Of a stretch of DNA of 64,000 nt, positions 23,150-36,483 are shown in pieces. Both the position numbers and the translations under genes were made by a program. Location of the stretch: positions 2,542,001 through 2,606,000 of the forward strand of contig NC_058383.1 of assembly GCF_018350175.1 (NCBI RefSeq), read 5' to 3'. This DNA comes from Felis catus. Taxonomy: Eukaryota. Within the stretch, counting starts at the first letter, position 1. Every line of letters begins with the position of its first letter. The notes beneath the pieces were generated by a model. The model was not told the DNA's origin. It did no database searches and saw only the letters and a program-made list of their open reading frames with translations.

Positions 23150-24130
23150 AAAAAAACCCTGTAATGAGTATCCCAAGAGAAATTCCAGCATAAATCACAC
23201 CTGCAAAGTAACAACAGATTGCAACAAAACAGGCCGCCTGAACAGAGGGACAGTTTACGGAAATACGAATCACAGTTGCTAAAACACAAGAAGTTAGTAT
23301 GTACAACACCAAAGAGGGACCGGGAGATGTCCATCGGGGAGGTCTCCGAGGCTGACAAATAAATAAAATAAAACCCACACAGAAACGAAAAGTGAGAGCT
23401 ACAAGTTGAGATGTCATGGGATCGACTCCGAAGAGGCCAACAGCCACTTGCGAAGCACTGAGGCAGGGAGAGAGACTATCCAGGAAGCGAGTCACGAAAC
23501 GGTGACAGTAATACTTGTCAGAGCTGAGGAGTGACAGCTGTCCACAGTGAGAGGGCCCGCTGAGAACCCCCATGGAGAATGAATAAAGTTCCGGACCTTG
23601 CTACATCCTCATGAAATAGCAGAGAAAAAAAAAAAAAAAAAGGTGGGCGATGAGAAGCTCCTACAATCTTCTAAAAAGAGAGAAAAAATGCAAGCCAAGG
23701 CCAAGGATCAGGTGGCACTCTGGCTTCTCATCAGCAGCACTGGATTATCTTCCAGCAAAGAGATAATGAAGTAATGCTCCAGCGTTCTCTGGGAGATTTA
23801 CCCTAAACGTGGAGTTCTGTATTCAACCAAATAATCAATCAAGTGTGAGAACAAAATAAACACATTCTTAGACATGCAGGGATTTTGGAAATTTACTTCC
23901 CAAGCACTTCTCAGCGAGAAAAAAAAAAATTACTCGAGAATGTACTACAACATGAAAAGGCAATCTAAGAGGAGGACACGAGTTCCGAGAACGAGTGAAA
24001 GTCCATGAGAACAGCAAAAAAAAAAAAAAAAAAAAAAGAACAGTAAAGGGGCGGCAAGCCTGGGAAGAAAGTCAGCGCGCACCTGACCTGTCAGGAAAGA
24101 CGCCTCGTTACCAAAACAACCAGCAACTTT
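23150..24130 (+). mobile_element. HAL1 or old L1 ORF1-like fragment
   Basis: CTTCTCATCAGCAGCACTGG, ATCAATCAAGTGTGAG...AGACATGCAGG...AAATTTACTTCCCA. Confidence 0.65.
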
Positions 24131-25301
24131 GTGATTACGGGAGCGGACCAGGTCTGATGCCAGTCCACCTGAAAACCTTATTTGTCCCCAGATGTCATTC
24201 CCGAGGGGTTGAGCTAGGCAAAGAGCAAACGGGGCCAGTGTGGGTGATTTTTGTCCTTCCCTCGATGTCCTTTTCCACCGGAAAACGTGTTTCCATATAC
24301 ACGTAATTCTTTTATGAGAAAACGTATCATGTCTATGAGAAGCCAGGGAGGGAACCCCTGAATAACAAAGCCCCACGAGGGAGCTGGTTGGTTTAGTCCC
24401 CGAAGCTCCCTGCATTCAAGCTGTCACCATGTGCACGTGCACTGGGGCCACAGGGTCACTCACGCTACCGGGTGTGAGTCTGGAGAAAAACCCGTTATAT
24501 TTGGAAGCGATCTTGTCTTCCTTCTGGGCCCCTTCTCCGTGTAAGTAGGACAAGTCAAAGTTTTTGCTCTCCCTGCCTTAAAATGTAGGTGGGTGCACTA
24601 ATTTCACAGTGCCTTCAGGTAGAATGTTCTGGAATAAAACGTTTTGTCTCTCCTATGGCTGCCCCTCCCTCTGTGCTCCCCTGGATGGCGTTGGACCGTG
24701 TGGGAGAAGAGTGGCTTGCTTGTGGGATCTGGAGGGCCACCAGGAAGACTTGGGGTCCCCAGACTCTGCCCTCTGGTTCCCAGGGTCTGCAGGTGTCTTT
24801 CTCGCCTGGGCGCCGCTGCCCCTGCTGGAATTCGGGGCCCACGTCTTGCTCCTGCACCTGAACACCCACGTGTCCAGCCTGGCTGGCTCTCCCTTGGCTT
24901 GGGTGGGTATCTGCCACGGTCTTCCCCAGCCCCGAAGGCCACCTGCAGCCCGTGCTGGGGGGTCACCTGGCACGCCTCAGCAGGCTCTTCCTCGGGGCCC
25001 GTGTTTCCGCCGGCAGGCGAGGCCTGTCTGTGCAGGGTGTGCTGTGGCCTTCAGCGTTTGTGGGGGCAGCCTGAGACCCGGGTCTGGTCCATGTCAGGAT
25101 CCCCGTCTGTCCCCCTGGCCAGCCACTGAGAGAAATCCAGGAGACCCTGTCTTCCGGATGTGGGGCAGCTGAGAAAGGAAGGAGGCTCTGGTGCTCACCT
25201 GTGTCCAGGCCCAGCTTTCTCCCCGTTGGAGCAGAGGCGGGATTGGGGGGTAATTTCAGGAAGAGATGCTTTTAGAGGGAAAGCGAGGAGAGCCCAAGAG
25301 C

Positions 25302-25304
<3 letters not shown>

Positions 25305-25357
<53 letters not shown>

Positions 25358-25374
25358 TGTGTGCGCGTGTGTGT
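25305..25374. repeat. (TG)n/(CG)n compound microsatellite
   Basis: Direct reading. Confidence 0.97.
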
Positions 25375-26362
25375 ATAAATGCTGAACGGGGAGGGAGGGA
25401 CCCCAGCTGGAGCCACAGGAGCCCGTAGAGTGAGCTCCCCTGGAGGGGGCAGGCTGCCCTGGGAAGGTGTGCTCCCGGGGTCAGTCACCCCAAACTGACC
25501 AGCGGGGAGCCGGGCCGTAGCTGCACGGCGGCTGCTGTTCATTAAATTCATTCCACTGCCCTAATTTACCAGCTTTGCCTGCGACACCCCCCCCCCATTT
25601 TCATTATTATTCCCCAAAAGGTCTCAGAGAGTTCACCAACACTCCGACCTTCAATTCTGCTGCCCCCGGAACGATTCTAGTCATCGACAGCAGGTTAAGA
25701 GCTGCCGGAGCCCCGACAGGAGGGCAGCAGGAGGAGGAATGAGAGGCTGGTGTTACCTAGAGCCGTAGCACCGAGCCAGTCGCCGCGCTGGGTTCTGAGA
25801 CATTTCTGTGCTGCGCCGAGAGCAAAACAGCACGAGGGCGGGGACCCAGGGGACGATGAGGTTCTTGCTCTTTGATGACCGCTCCTCGGCTGCTGCTCCC
25901 CCCCCCCCCCGCCTCCCCTCCAGAGAGCAATCCCATCCGGTGGCAGCCAGCTTCGACTCCAGGAAAATCACTCCTTATCACTGAAACGGTCGTACGCTTG
26001 GGACAGCAAAAAGGCATTTCACAAACTATTGATCTGAGAATTAATATATTGCTTTTCTCCCAGATGCCACACCTCGCTGCCATTGTATATATTAGTACCC
26101 CGGAAAATAGCATCAGGAGCAAAACAGCCTTCCAGCCTTTAATTACGTTTTACGTACTTCGTGCTTTTATGCTATTATTGCTGCCTCGGCCCCTTCGCGC
26201 TCATTCCTCTCCGTTTCAGAATGTTTCCATCCCATCTCCCTATGCCGAGATGACTCAGAAGGGTGTTAGTGGATCTGTATTACTGCACGCTGATAAAAAA
26301 ACAACACCACAACAACCCGCTGAGAGGTTCCTGTATGCTGAACACCTTAAATGACCCTTGAC

Positions 26363-26363
<1 letters not shown>

Positions 26364-26412
<49 letters not shown>
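26364..26412. repeat. (TG)n microsatellite
   Basis: Direct reading. Confidence 0.97.
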
Positions 26413-26414
<2 letters not shown>

Positions 26415-27834
26415 CCCCTTTAATTCCTGCAGAAAGCATGGCTTAAATTCAGGAGGAAAATGTTCCCATCTGTAGGCTAGTAATATACATTCAACAGTTT
26501 TCAATTGCTTGAGCTATGAAATATGATGATAGCCGTCTATATATCTCATGGGGGGAAAGATACCTTGAAATTCACTCTGCCACAGTATTGATGGGGACGC
26601 ATTTCTGCAGGAAATGTGCAGAAAGACGCGCGGCTCATGATTTCAGCCGAAGCCCAGGAGGGCGGCCTCGTGATGGGCCATGGAGGGGCCGTCTCGTGCG
26701 GCAGGCAGATGTCGGGAAAACGTAGAATCGCCCCACCCGCCACCCACGGCCGTCTGCTGTCCATTTCCCCCCTTTCCAAGGGGATAGATGACGGTCTCGG
26801 AAACTTGACCGTTTTCTTTCTCGGTTAATCAACATTAGGGTAATTGGCACATTACATCCATTTTACAGTGTGGCGTGTGCGCTTGCGGCTCCGAATAAAT
26901 AATGAATGATCGCAGTAATGACCAGAAACGCGCGTGAGCTACTGCGGCGAGCGCATAATGGATGCTTTGTTTGTCTTCGGGGACTGTATTACCAGCGTGT
27001 AACTGATGAGGCTCTAAAACGCTCGGGGTTACCTGAGGCTTGAAAGGTGCTTCATCAAGCGGAGTCCGTTGCTCTGCGCGCAGACCGCAAGAGTGGCCCG
27101 ATATTTGCTTGCGGTCCCCCTGTTTAAAAATGGAAAATATGCCGCCCTGCTCATCCATCACCGTGCCTGCCAAATGCTTTCTCCCCCTCCCTCTGCTTTT
27201 AGAAAAAGCGACTGGAAACGCCCAAGCAATGCCAATGGCTGAGTTATGTCTGTTTTTAGCACGCAATGTTTGAGCACCAAAGTCAGGGCTCATTAAAACT
27301 ACGAATGTGGTGGCTTCTAGAATTGGCCACTTTAAACGTAGTCATCTACACATCAGTGGTTCCCGAACTGTTTTACAGCAGTCTGGGTTTTTATGAGGCA
27401 TCTCTCAGTATCTGTGTGCATAACACACTTCAGTATATCTCCCCAAGGTCCAGCTGAGCACGGCACTGGCGAGCTCACTCCGGCCAGCGAAAAAGTAACA
27501 GCCCTCCGTGACGGATGCGAAGAGAACCTATCGCTTTATCCGTGTCGACGCCAGCGCGTGACCGTTACGGGATGACCAGTTAGAAGAGTTAGATGCCTTT
27601 CTGGGCGTGTGCGCTTACTTAATCCTCTTAAGCTTGGGCCTGGGAATATTTTACATTCTATAAAATTAAGCACATTGCTCTCTACTTTGAACTTAGCCGT
27701 GTGCGGGGTGGAACACTGGTGTTTCTTCTGACCTTTGATTTTCTTAATTGAAAGGCTGGTGTCCGTTTGAAATGTTTGCACCGAAACGGCTGAGTTCAGG
27801 GTGTGGGGACACAGGGAAACTTTGCAAGGGCGGA

Positions 27835-27990
27835 TCGAGGAAGAGCAGATAGGAGGATAGGAAGCAGCAGAGGATAGCAGATAGGAAGAGCAGTCGGGAA
27901 AGCAGATAGGAGGAAGGGAGCTCAGCAAGGAGGGAGGGAGGGAGGGAGGAAGGAAGGAAGGGAGGGAGGGAGGAAGGCAGGAAGGATAGC
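27835..27990. repeat. Purine-rich low-complexity repeat (GCAGATAGGA units, then GGAG/GGAA)
   Basis: Direct reading. Confidence 0.85.
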
Positions 27991-28494
27991 AGGTGTAAGT
28001 TAGAACAAATTATCCTAGGAGGGATCCCACAGAAGCAAACGCTGGGAACCAACAACAAAATGCTCACCCGAGAGATAAACGCACCGAATGAGTACATTAG
28101 ACGCCGTGGAGGTAGAGGGTTTCCTTTGGCGTAGCGTCTGAGACACCCATGTGGGAGCTGCCCGGAGGGATGAAGCCAAACCAAAGAAAAACCGCCAACC
28201 AACCAAACACTACACCAGCTACATATCCCGTATACACGCTACTTTTCTTCAGCACTGACTTCAGCGTCAGGGGTTGCGAAGATTAAATTATGATGTGGAA
28301 ATGGCCCACGCGATGTTAAAAGTACTCGACCGACACGTAAAATGTATCAATATTCTATTAATAACTGTTAAATTGGATCAGGCCAGCATATATTACTGTG
28401 GATAGAGCTTGTTTAGCACATGCCGTTCCAACCCTTCCAGACACGTCTCACCTCCAGGATGAGCATTGGCCTGTGTGACGACCAGAGCAGATCA

Positions 28495-28720
28495 TTAAAA
28501 AACAAAATTTTTTTTAACGTTTTATTTTTTGAAGAGGCAGAGCAGGACACAGCATGAGCAGGGGAGGGGTAGAGAGAGAGGGAGACACAGAATCCGAAGC
28601 AGGTTCCAGAGTCCGAGCCGTCAGCACAGAGCCTGACACGGGGCTCGAACTCACAACCCGTGAGATCATGACCTGAGCCAAAGTCGGACCCTCAATTGAC
28701 CGAACCACGCAGGCAGCCCC
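28495..28720 (-). mobile_element. Can-SINE
   Basis: TSD AGAGCAGATCA at 28484-28494 and 28721-28731. Confidence 0.96.
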
Positions 28721-28877
28721 AGAGCAGATCAGTTTTAACACTACCCTCTGCACTTCAAAATTAGTTTCGGTAACAATTCTGTCATGATCGGCAGCAGTCA
28801 TTATTTGTTTGGTTTTGGTTTTAAAATAATGACCAGTTGTAAAAAAGAAGGAATTTCAATGTTAAAGATAGTGTTCA

Positions 28878-29097
28878 GAGGCACCTGGGTGGCTCAGTGA
28901 GTAAAGCATACAACTTCGGCTCAGGTGACCTTCTCGTGGTTCGTGGGTTCGAGCCCCACGTGGCGCTCTGTGCTGACAAGCTCAGAGCCTGGAGCTGCTT
29001 CCGATTCTGTGTCTCCCTCTCTCTCTGCCCCTCCCCCACTCACGCTCTGTCTCTCTCTTTCTCTCCAAAATAAACATTAAAAAAAATTTTTTTTTAA
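28878..29097 (+). mobile_element. Can-SINE
   Basis: Head, body and tail; flanking AGTGTTCA repeat. Confidence 0.95.
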
Positions 29098-29479
29098 AGT
29101 GTTCAAATTCAAGAAAATATCTCATATGTGAACTAAAATGCATACTTAATGAAATAAAGACTACAGCTTGTGATTCACCTTGTTTCCCTGTTTTAAATTT
29201 TAAACGTAAAAACAACTCCTAGTGGCCACAGGAATGGTAGAAATGAAATAACTCAAGTTTTGTTTTGTTCTTTATAATCGCTGTGCTAGTGTTATCCATT
29301 AGAAATCGGCTGTTGAAAGACAAATGTGTACAATGCCACGGGAGAACCACGAGACGAGAACTGGTCTCAACAGAGCTTAAGCAGTTCTGAACCTGTAGGA
29401 ACTTTTAAATTTTAAAGAGCTTTATTGAGATATAATCTGTGTACCATAAAGCTCACCTATTTAAAGTGTGCAATTCAAT

Positions 29480-31134
29480 CAAAATTGCACTGGCATTCTT
29501 CTCAAAGCTAGAAGAAACAATGCTAAAATTTGTATGGACCCACAAAAGACCCCAAATAGCCAAAGTAATGTTGAAAAAGAAAACCAAAGCGGGAGGCATC
29601 ACAATCCCGGACTTTAGCCTCTACTACAAAGCCGTAAGCATCTACACAGTACGGTATTGGCACAAAACAGACACATAGACCAATGGAAGAGAATAGAGAA
29701 CCCAAAATTGGACCCACAAATGTATGGCCAACTAATCTTTGACAAAGCAGGAAAGAATATCCAACGGAAAAAAGACAGTCTCTTTAGCAAACGGTGCTGG
29801 GAGAACTGGACAGCAACATGCAGAAGAATTAAACTAGACCACTTTCTTACACCATACACAAAAATAAACTCTAAATGGATGAAGGACCTGAATGTGAGAC
29901 AGGAAACCATCAAAACCCTAGAGGAGAACACAGGCAACAACCTCTTTGACCTCAGCCACAGCAACTTCTTACTCAACCCGTCTCCAAAGGCAAGGGAAAT
30001 AAAAGCAAAAATGAACTACTGGGACCTCATCAAGATAAAAAGCTCCTGCACAGCGAAGGACACAATCAGCAAAACCAAAAGGCAACCGGCGGAATGGGAG
30101 AAGATATTTGCAAACCACATATCAGATAAAGAGTTAGTATCCAAAATCTATAAAGAACTTACCAAACTCAACACCCAAAAAACAAATAATCCAGTGAAGA
30201 GATGGGAAGAAGGCATGAATAGACACTTCTCCCAAGAAGACATCCAGATGGAACAGACACATGAAACGATGCTCAGCGTCACTCATCATCAGGGAAATAC
30301 AAATCAAAACCACACTGAGATGTGACCTCACTCCGGTCAGAGTGGCTAAAATAAACAATTCAGGAAACAACAGATGCTGGCAAGGATGTGGAGAAACGGG
30401 AACCCTCCTACACTGTTGGTGGGAATGCAAACTGGTGCAGCCCCTCTGGAAGACAGTATAGAGGTCCCTCAAAAAATTAAAAATAGATCTACCCTATGAC
30501 CCAATAATAGCACCACTAGGAATTTATCCAAAGGATACAGGAGTGCTGATTCATGGGGGCACATGTACCCCAATGTTTATGGCAGTCTTTCAACAATAGC
30601 CAAAGTATGGAAAGAGCCCCAATTCAACTGATGAATGGATAAAGATGTGGTTTATATATACAACGGAATACTACTTGGCAATGAAAGAGAATGAAATCTT
30701 GCCATTTGTAGCAACATAGATGGAACTGGAGGGTATTATGCTAAATGAAATAAGTCAGGCAGAGAAAGACAGATATCACATGTTTTCACGCATCTGTGGA
30801 TCTTGAGAAACTTAACAGAAGACCATGGGGGAGGGGAAGGGGAAAAATAGTTTCAAATGGAGAGGGTGGGAGGCAAACCATAAGAGACTCTTAAATATAG
30901 AGAACAAACTGATGGTGGATGGGGACGGGGAAGAGGGGCAAATGGGTGATGAGCACTGAGGAGGGCACCTGTTGGGATGAGCACTGGGTGTTGTACGTAA
31001 GCGATGAATCATAGGAATCTACTCCCAAAGCCAAGAATACACTGTATACACTGTATGTTAGCTAACTTGACAATAAATATTTTAACAAAATAAAAAATAA
31101 AAGGCTTCATAGTAAAAGTGACAATTAAAAAAAA
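29480..31134 (+). mobile_element. 5'-truncated carnivore/felid LINE-1 (ORF2 C-terminus plus 3' UTR), frameshifted
   Basis: ORFs [82 protein letters not shown](C/T)AATTCAAT at 29462-29479 and 31135-31152. Confidence 0.97.
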
Positions 31135-32860
31135 TAAAGTGTGTAATTCAATGGGTTTTGGTATCTATCTCTACAGAGTTGTGTAATCACACCCTAACCT
31201 AATTAGAGAACATTTTAATCACCACCCCCCCAAACCAACGCGGTACCCACAGGCAGTCATTCTTGCCCCTCCCTCCAAGCCCCTCCTCCATCACCCCTTC
31301 CTACCCTCCCTACCCCGACCCTGTGGCTGGCCACGAATCTACGCTCTATTTCTATGGATTTGCCTTGTCTGGACATTTCATACAAAAGGAAGCAGGCAGG
31401 AGGAGAACCTTTGTATCCGGCTTCTTTCATTTAGCCAAAGGCTTCCAGGGTTCATCTGGGTCATGGCATAAATCAGCATTTTATTCCTCGTGTTGCCAAA
31501 TAATACTTTTTTCTCTAAATACACATTTGCTTGGTCTTTTTATCAGCTGATGGACATACAGGTTGTTTCCACTTTGGAGCAACTACAAATGATGCTATGA
31601 ACATTTACGTACAAGCTTTTGTGTTGACATCTGTTTCCTCTCACTTGAGTAGGTAACTAAGAGTAGCACTGCGGGGCCACATTGAACTCTAACATCTTGG
31701 GGTCCTGCCAAACTGTTTTCCAAAGCAGCTCCACCATTTACATTCCCACCAACAACGTATGAGCCAATTTTTCCTTTTCTTGCCAACACTCGCTACTGTC
31801 GGTGTCTTCTCTCATAACCATTCTAATGGGCGTGAAGTGGTATCTCATTGTGGGTTTGATCTGCGTTTCCCTGATGATTAAGGACACTGAGCATCTTTCT
31901 TTGTGTTTATTCGCTATTTGCATATCTCCTTTATAGAGGTGTCCACTCACATTCTTTGACCATTTAAAAAAACGGGGTTGACTTTTTATTATTGAGTTGT
32001 AAGAGTTCTTTATGTATGCTGGATACGAGTCCCTTATCAGATTTGTGGTCTGTAGATATTCTCCCTCATTCTGTGGGTTCTTTTCACTTTCCTGATGGTA
32101 TCGTTTGTAGGAAAAGTTTTAATTTTGATGTAGTCCACTTGATTTTGTCTTTTGTCACGTTGTGCACTGGTGAAATATCTAAGGAATCAGTGACTAATCC
32201 GAGGTCACAAATATATACTCACATGTTTTCTTCCAAGAGGGTCATAAGTTTAGTCCTTACATTTAGGTGTGGGATCCACTTGGATGTAATATTTGTGTAC
32301 AGAGTGAGGTAGGGATCCAAATTCATTCTTTTGTGGGTAGACCTCTCTTTGTCCCAGCACCCTAATTGAAAAGACAGTTCTCTCAACGAATTGTTTTGGC
32401 CTCTTTGTTGAAAATCAATTGTCTATAAATAAAGGTTTATTTTCAGAGTCTCAATTTTATTCCATTATGTATATGTCCATCCTTAAGCTAGTACTACAAT
32501 ACACTGATTACATTAGCTTGGTAGTGAGCTTTGAAATCAGAAGGTATGAGTTCTTCAACTTTGTTATTCATTTGCAAGATTGTCTTGGCTGTTCTGGGGT
32601 CTTTAAATTTCTGCATGACTTTTACGGCCAGCTCGTAAATTTTTGCTAAACAGGCAGAGAAGGTTTTGATAGGAATTGTGTTGAATCTGTATATCAATTT
32701 GAGGAGGACAAACATGGATGTCTTCTCATTTATTTACATCTTTAACTTCTTTCAATGATATCTTTATGGTTTTCAGTGTATAAGTCTTCACTTCTGTTAA
32801 ATTTATTCTTCAGTTATTTTATGCTTTTGATGCTATTGTAAATAAATAGTTTTAACTTTT

Positions 32861-32889
32861 CCTTTCCTTTTTTTTAATGTTTACTTATT

Positions 32890-32950
<61 letters not shown>

Positions 32951-33080
32951 GAATCTGAAACAGGCTCCAGGCTCTGAGTTGTCAGCACAGAGCCCGACGC
33001 GGGGCTCGAACCCACCAACCGTGGAATCGTGACCTGAGCCAAAGTTGAATGCTTAACCGACTGAGCCACCCAGGCTCTCC
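32861..33080 (-). mobile_element. Can-SINE with expanded (GA)n at 32893-32946
   Basis: TSD TTAACTTTT. Confidence 0.95.
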
Positions 33081-34499
33081 TTAACTTTTTCTAAATAGTA
33101 AACAGTTTTCTTGGTTTTGTTTTCAGATTGTTTGTTGCTAGTGTACAGAAATGCAATTGATTTTTGTATATTTATCTTGTATCTCTCAATCTTCCTGAAA
33201 CTGTTGATTAGCTTTAATAGTGTTTCAGTGGATTTCTTGGGATCTTCCATATACAGGATCATGTCATCTGCACAGAGAGGTAGTCGTACTTTTTTTTTTC
33301 TAATCCGTATACCTTTTCTTTCTTTTTCTTGCCTAATAGCCTTGGCCAGGCCCTCCAGCAGAAGTGCTGAGACGCGCAACCTTGTCTTGTTTCCATGGCA
33401 ACACCCTTGTGAACGGAACATGCTGTGTAGCTGAGCTGGTGTGTGTTGGGGGTGGGCTGTTGAACTGCATGAATTCCTATGTAGAATACAGTACTTATCC
33501 AAGTTCAAGTAATAAACATGTGCTAATCTGGGGCTCACATATACGTGATTAAAACCCTACAGTAACCACAGCAATTGTTCAGCACTTAGACAAATCAAAG
33601 GTATTTTTTAAGGAGGAATTTATCCCTGGCATTATGTAGCGTTGCTGGTGCAATTAGCTGGTCTTATTGTAAAGTTCCCCACGATGTGTTTTCTATTGCT
33701 CACATCCAAAGCAGATGGTACCCAAGGCCCACACCCCTCGGTGCAAGGATGCGTGCCCCGTTTTTCCAGCAGTCTCTGAACCGTCCTTTGGGTGTGAACC
33801 AATCCGTCTTGGGCACACACGCCGGGCCACCCACGAGATGGGCCACAGCGCCCACTGCTGCCTCCCGCCCCACCCTGTGCCCAGAAGACCCTTCACACCT
33901 GCTGCGGAGTTGACTGGGATGGTCTGGGGACCCACTGAGTGGCACCATCCACTCTGTCTCAACACTGGGGTTGGGGGCCCGTGGTCTGAGGGTGCAGGAT
34001 GACAGTGCCACGGGGGCTGCAGTGTTGAGTCCCCACACCCCTGGGTGGAGCGGGGCCTGTGACAATGACGTGGCTGTACTGTCGGCTCACCCTGTGACCC
34101 TGGGCTCGCGGCTGCACCTATGTTTCTCTCCTGTTAAAAGGAGCCCTGGGACAGCCTCGACCCCCTGCACCACCTCGGCGCCTCCTTCTTTCACTACCCG
34201 CCCCAGAGCGGAAGGTTTTGTTAACGTGGCGTTGGTACTGAGCCTTCGGAAGGAACGAGGTGCTATGAATAAAAGGGGGGAGAAACAACCCGCTGATCTC
34301 ATCCCTACCGTCTAGGGGCTTGCGTTCTTGGGTTTGTCAAAAATACATATTTAAACTTTTATTTACTAATTCTTTTACACGGAGCAGAGGGAATGGAGAG
34401 AGAGTGGTTTCCTTACGTGAGCTCACTAACTGAGATTAGCTATTTCTAGAAAAAGGAGCGCTGTTTTGAATAAGGAAGTGCGTGCTCCCAAAGAGGCTG

Positions 34500-34913
34500 T
34501 CACGGAAGGAGGGGGCTGCCAGCACCCCTCGAGTCCCCTGGTATGTGCCACTTCTGGGCCCCAAGGCCCCATCATCACCAGCTGCAGTCACCCGGGAGTC
34601 TCCATGGCTCACACACATCCCTCAGCTACCCCAGCGAATGGCTGGTGCGGCTGGAGGGTGATTACCCCAAGTCACTGTCACTCACCTGTGTAGCAGGTAA
34701 CTCTGCCATGCACCTGTGCCGGGGTCCCCAGCAGGACCGGCTGCCGCTGCCCACTGCGGTAGCTGGGTCAACAGAACCCTTTTGCTTACTGTGTCCGTTC
34801 CCCGTCCTACCCCGTCACTGTCCCACCGGGACGTTCTGGGACCTCCTGCCGTGTAAGCCACTTGCCTTCCAATCTGGTTTCAGGGTCTGCTTCTGGGGTC
34901 CCCAACCCAAGAT
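34500..34913 (+). mobile_element. ERVL LTR (LTR16/LTR33-like)
   Basis: Terminal TAAGCCACTTGCC...TCAGGGTCTGCTTCTGGGG...AACCCAAGATA. Confidence 0.7.
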
Positions 34914-35171
34914 AGAATCAATGGCACGAGGACGAGGGCTGAGACAGTGTCTCTTGGGAATCTGGGGTGGCCACGGACACCTCCATTTTTTTTTTTTCGA
35001 TAGCACATCATCTACCATGGGAAGGGTCAGCAAGCCACAGCCCGCGGCCAAATCCAAAGCACAGTCTTACGTTCTGGTAGAGTCTGGAGTGAAGAATTGT
35101 TGCTACTTTTTTGTTTCGTTTGGTTAGGATCTCATGATGGGGACGTTGACTGTTCCCCCGCCCCCCCTCCA

Positions 35172-35380
35172 GTGTTGTTGAGATATGATTGATACATAAC
35201 AGTGTATTTGCTTCAGGTACACAGCACAATGATTTGGGGTCTGGACATATTGTGCAATGCTCACCACAGTAAGTTTGGTTAACTTCCACCACTACACATA
35301 GTTAAATTTTTTTTCTCATGATGACGACTTTAACGGTTTACTCTCTTAGCAGCGGTCAAATACATACTACGGTATTTTTA
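35172..35380 (-). mobile_element. L1MA/L1_Carn-like 3' end fragment
   Basis: TTGAGATATGATTGATACATAAC...CAGTAAGTTTGGTTAAC...TTTACTCTCTTAGCA. Confidence 0.8.
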
Positions 35381-36483
35381 GATCGCCACTTTTAAGGTTC
35401 CCACAATTCTTAACATGTGACAACGTGCCAGAAATGGCCACCAAACTGTGCGTTTTAAAACATTTTCCTGAAAGGAACGGACTCTTTTGACACACAGGGC
35501 GATGCGAGCATGCTTTTCCCATGTCGAGTAGAGGGCTTGCTTTAAAAAGATGTTGATTCATTACCCAGGAAGGTGGCGTGGGTGGCTTTACAGCCGTAGG
35601 AGGAAATCTGTCGTCCTTCTAACGTGTCAGGTGTCTCATCTGGAGCTATCACCGGTGCGCGTGGGAAGCCTTTTGGGAATGTGTGGTCTGGGTCACATGA
35701 CCTTGAACTGAGAGACCAGCACATTTGTTTCCAGGAAGCTCTCTCCTGTATCTGCGAAATGGGCTAAGAATTCCTGCCCCGCTTGTTTGTCGTGAGAAGC
35801 CAGTGAGGATGGTGAGTAAACATGTGATCTGATCTGTTTCCTCTCCTGCCCTCGCCACACACTTGCCTTCAAGTGGAGGCTGGAAGCAAGGACAGTTTTG
35901 TGTGGCTTCTTTAAAGTTTCCAGCATCTCTGGTGAGCGTCAGACAAGCATCAGACGAAAGGCGGTTTATAGATACAAAATGCCGCTCTGATTACAATTAA
36001 GCCTTATGCCCAAAGTGATATAAATAAGGGGAGTAACAATAAAGAGGAAAAAAGTATCACAGCCTCGGTGCAGGAATCCACGTGTGCGACTGATCTGTGG
36101 GCTCAGGGACCAGGAAAACGGAACTGCGCACGGCTGGGGGACCGTGGGCACAGACTCTGAGAAATTAAGCGTCTCCTCCTTAGGAGCGAGGAGGTGATGA
36201 GGGTAACCATCTCTGTTCTTGGCTGGGTAACGGGCCGACCCTCCTTCCACCTCTGCGTCCCCTTCCTCTCACCCCCAGGGGGCGCTCTTTCCTCCGCCTT
36301 GGTACCAGGCTTCCACCAGCTCCCTTGCGCCTGGACCGTGCCAACCCTCTCCACCGCCAGCCTCCAGTGCAAATCCCACCCATCCGGGGGTCAGGACTGC
36401 ACCCGATGGTTCGCGCACCTGCCTCTGTGCCCGCGCTGCGCTGAGCCCTTTCACAGAGTAGCTCAATCTCACCATGACTGCAG

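Larger units (their letters stand above)
29420..33365 (-). mobile_element. Older L1MB-like element (3' UTR and ORF2) hosting the younger L1 and a SINE
   Basis: TTTATTGAGATATAAT terminus continues after the TSD; antisense ORF2 peptides LAKAIRQEKERKGIRI...CADDMILY and LIYRFNTIPIK. Confidence 0.9.

Noticed and set aside
29657..30325. 222-aa ORF as a cellular gene
   Set aside because: It is the L1 ORF2 C-terminal fragment of a truncated, frameshifted element.
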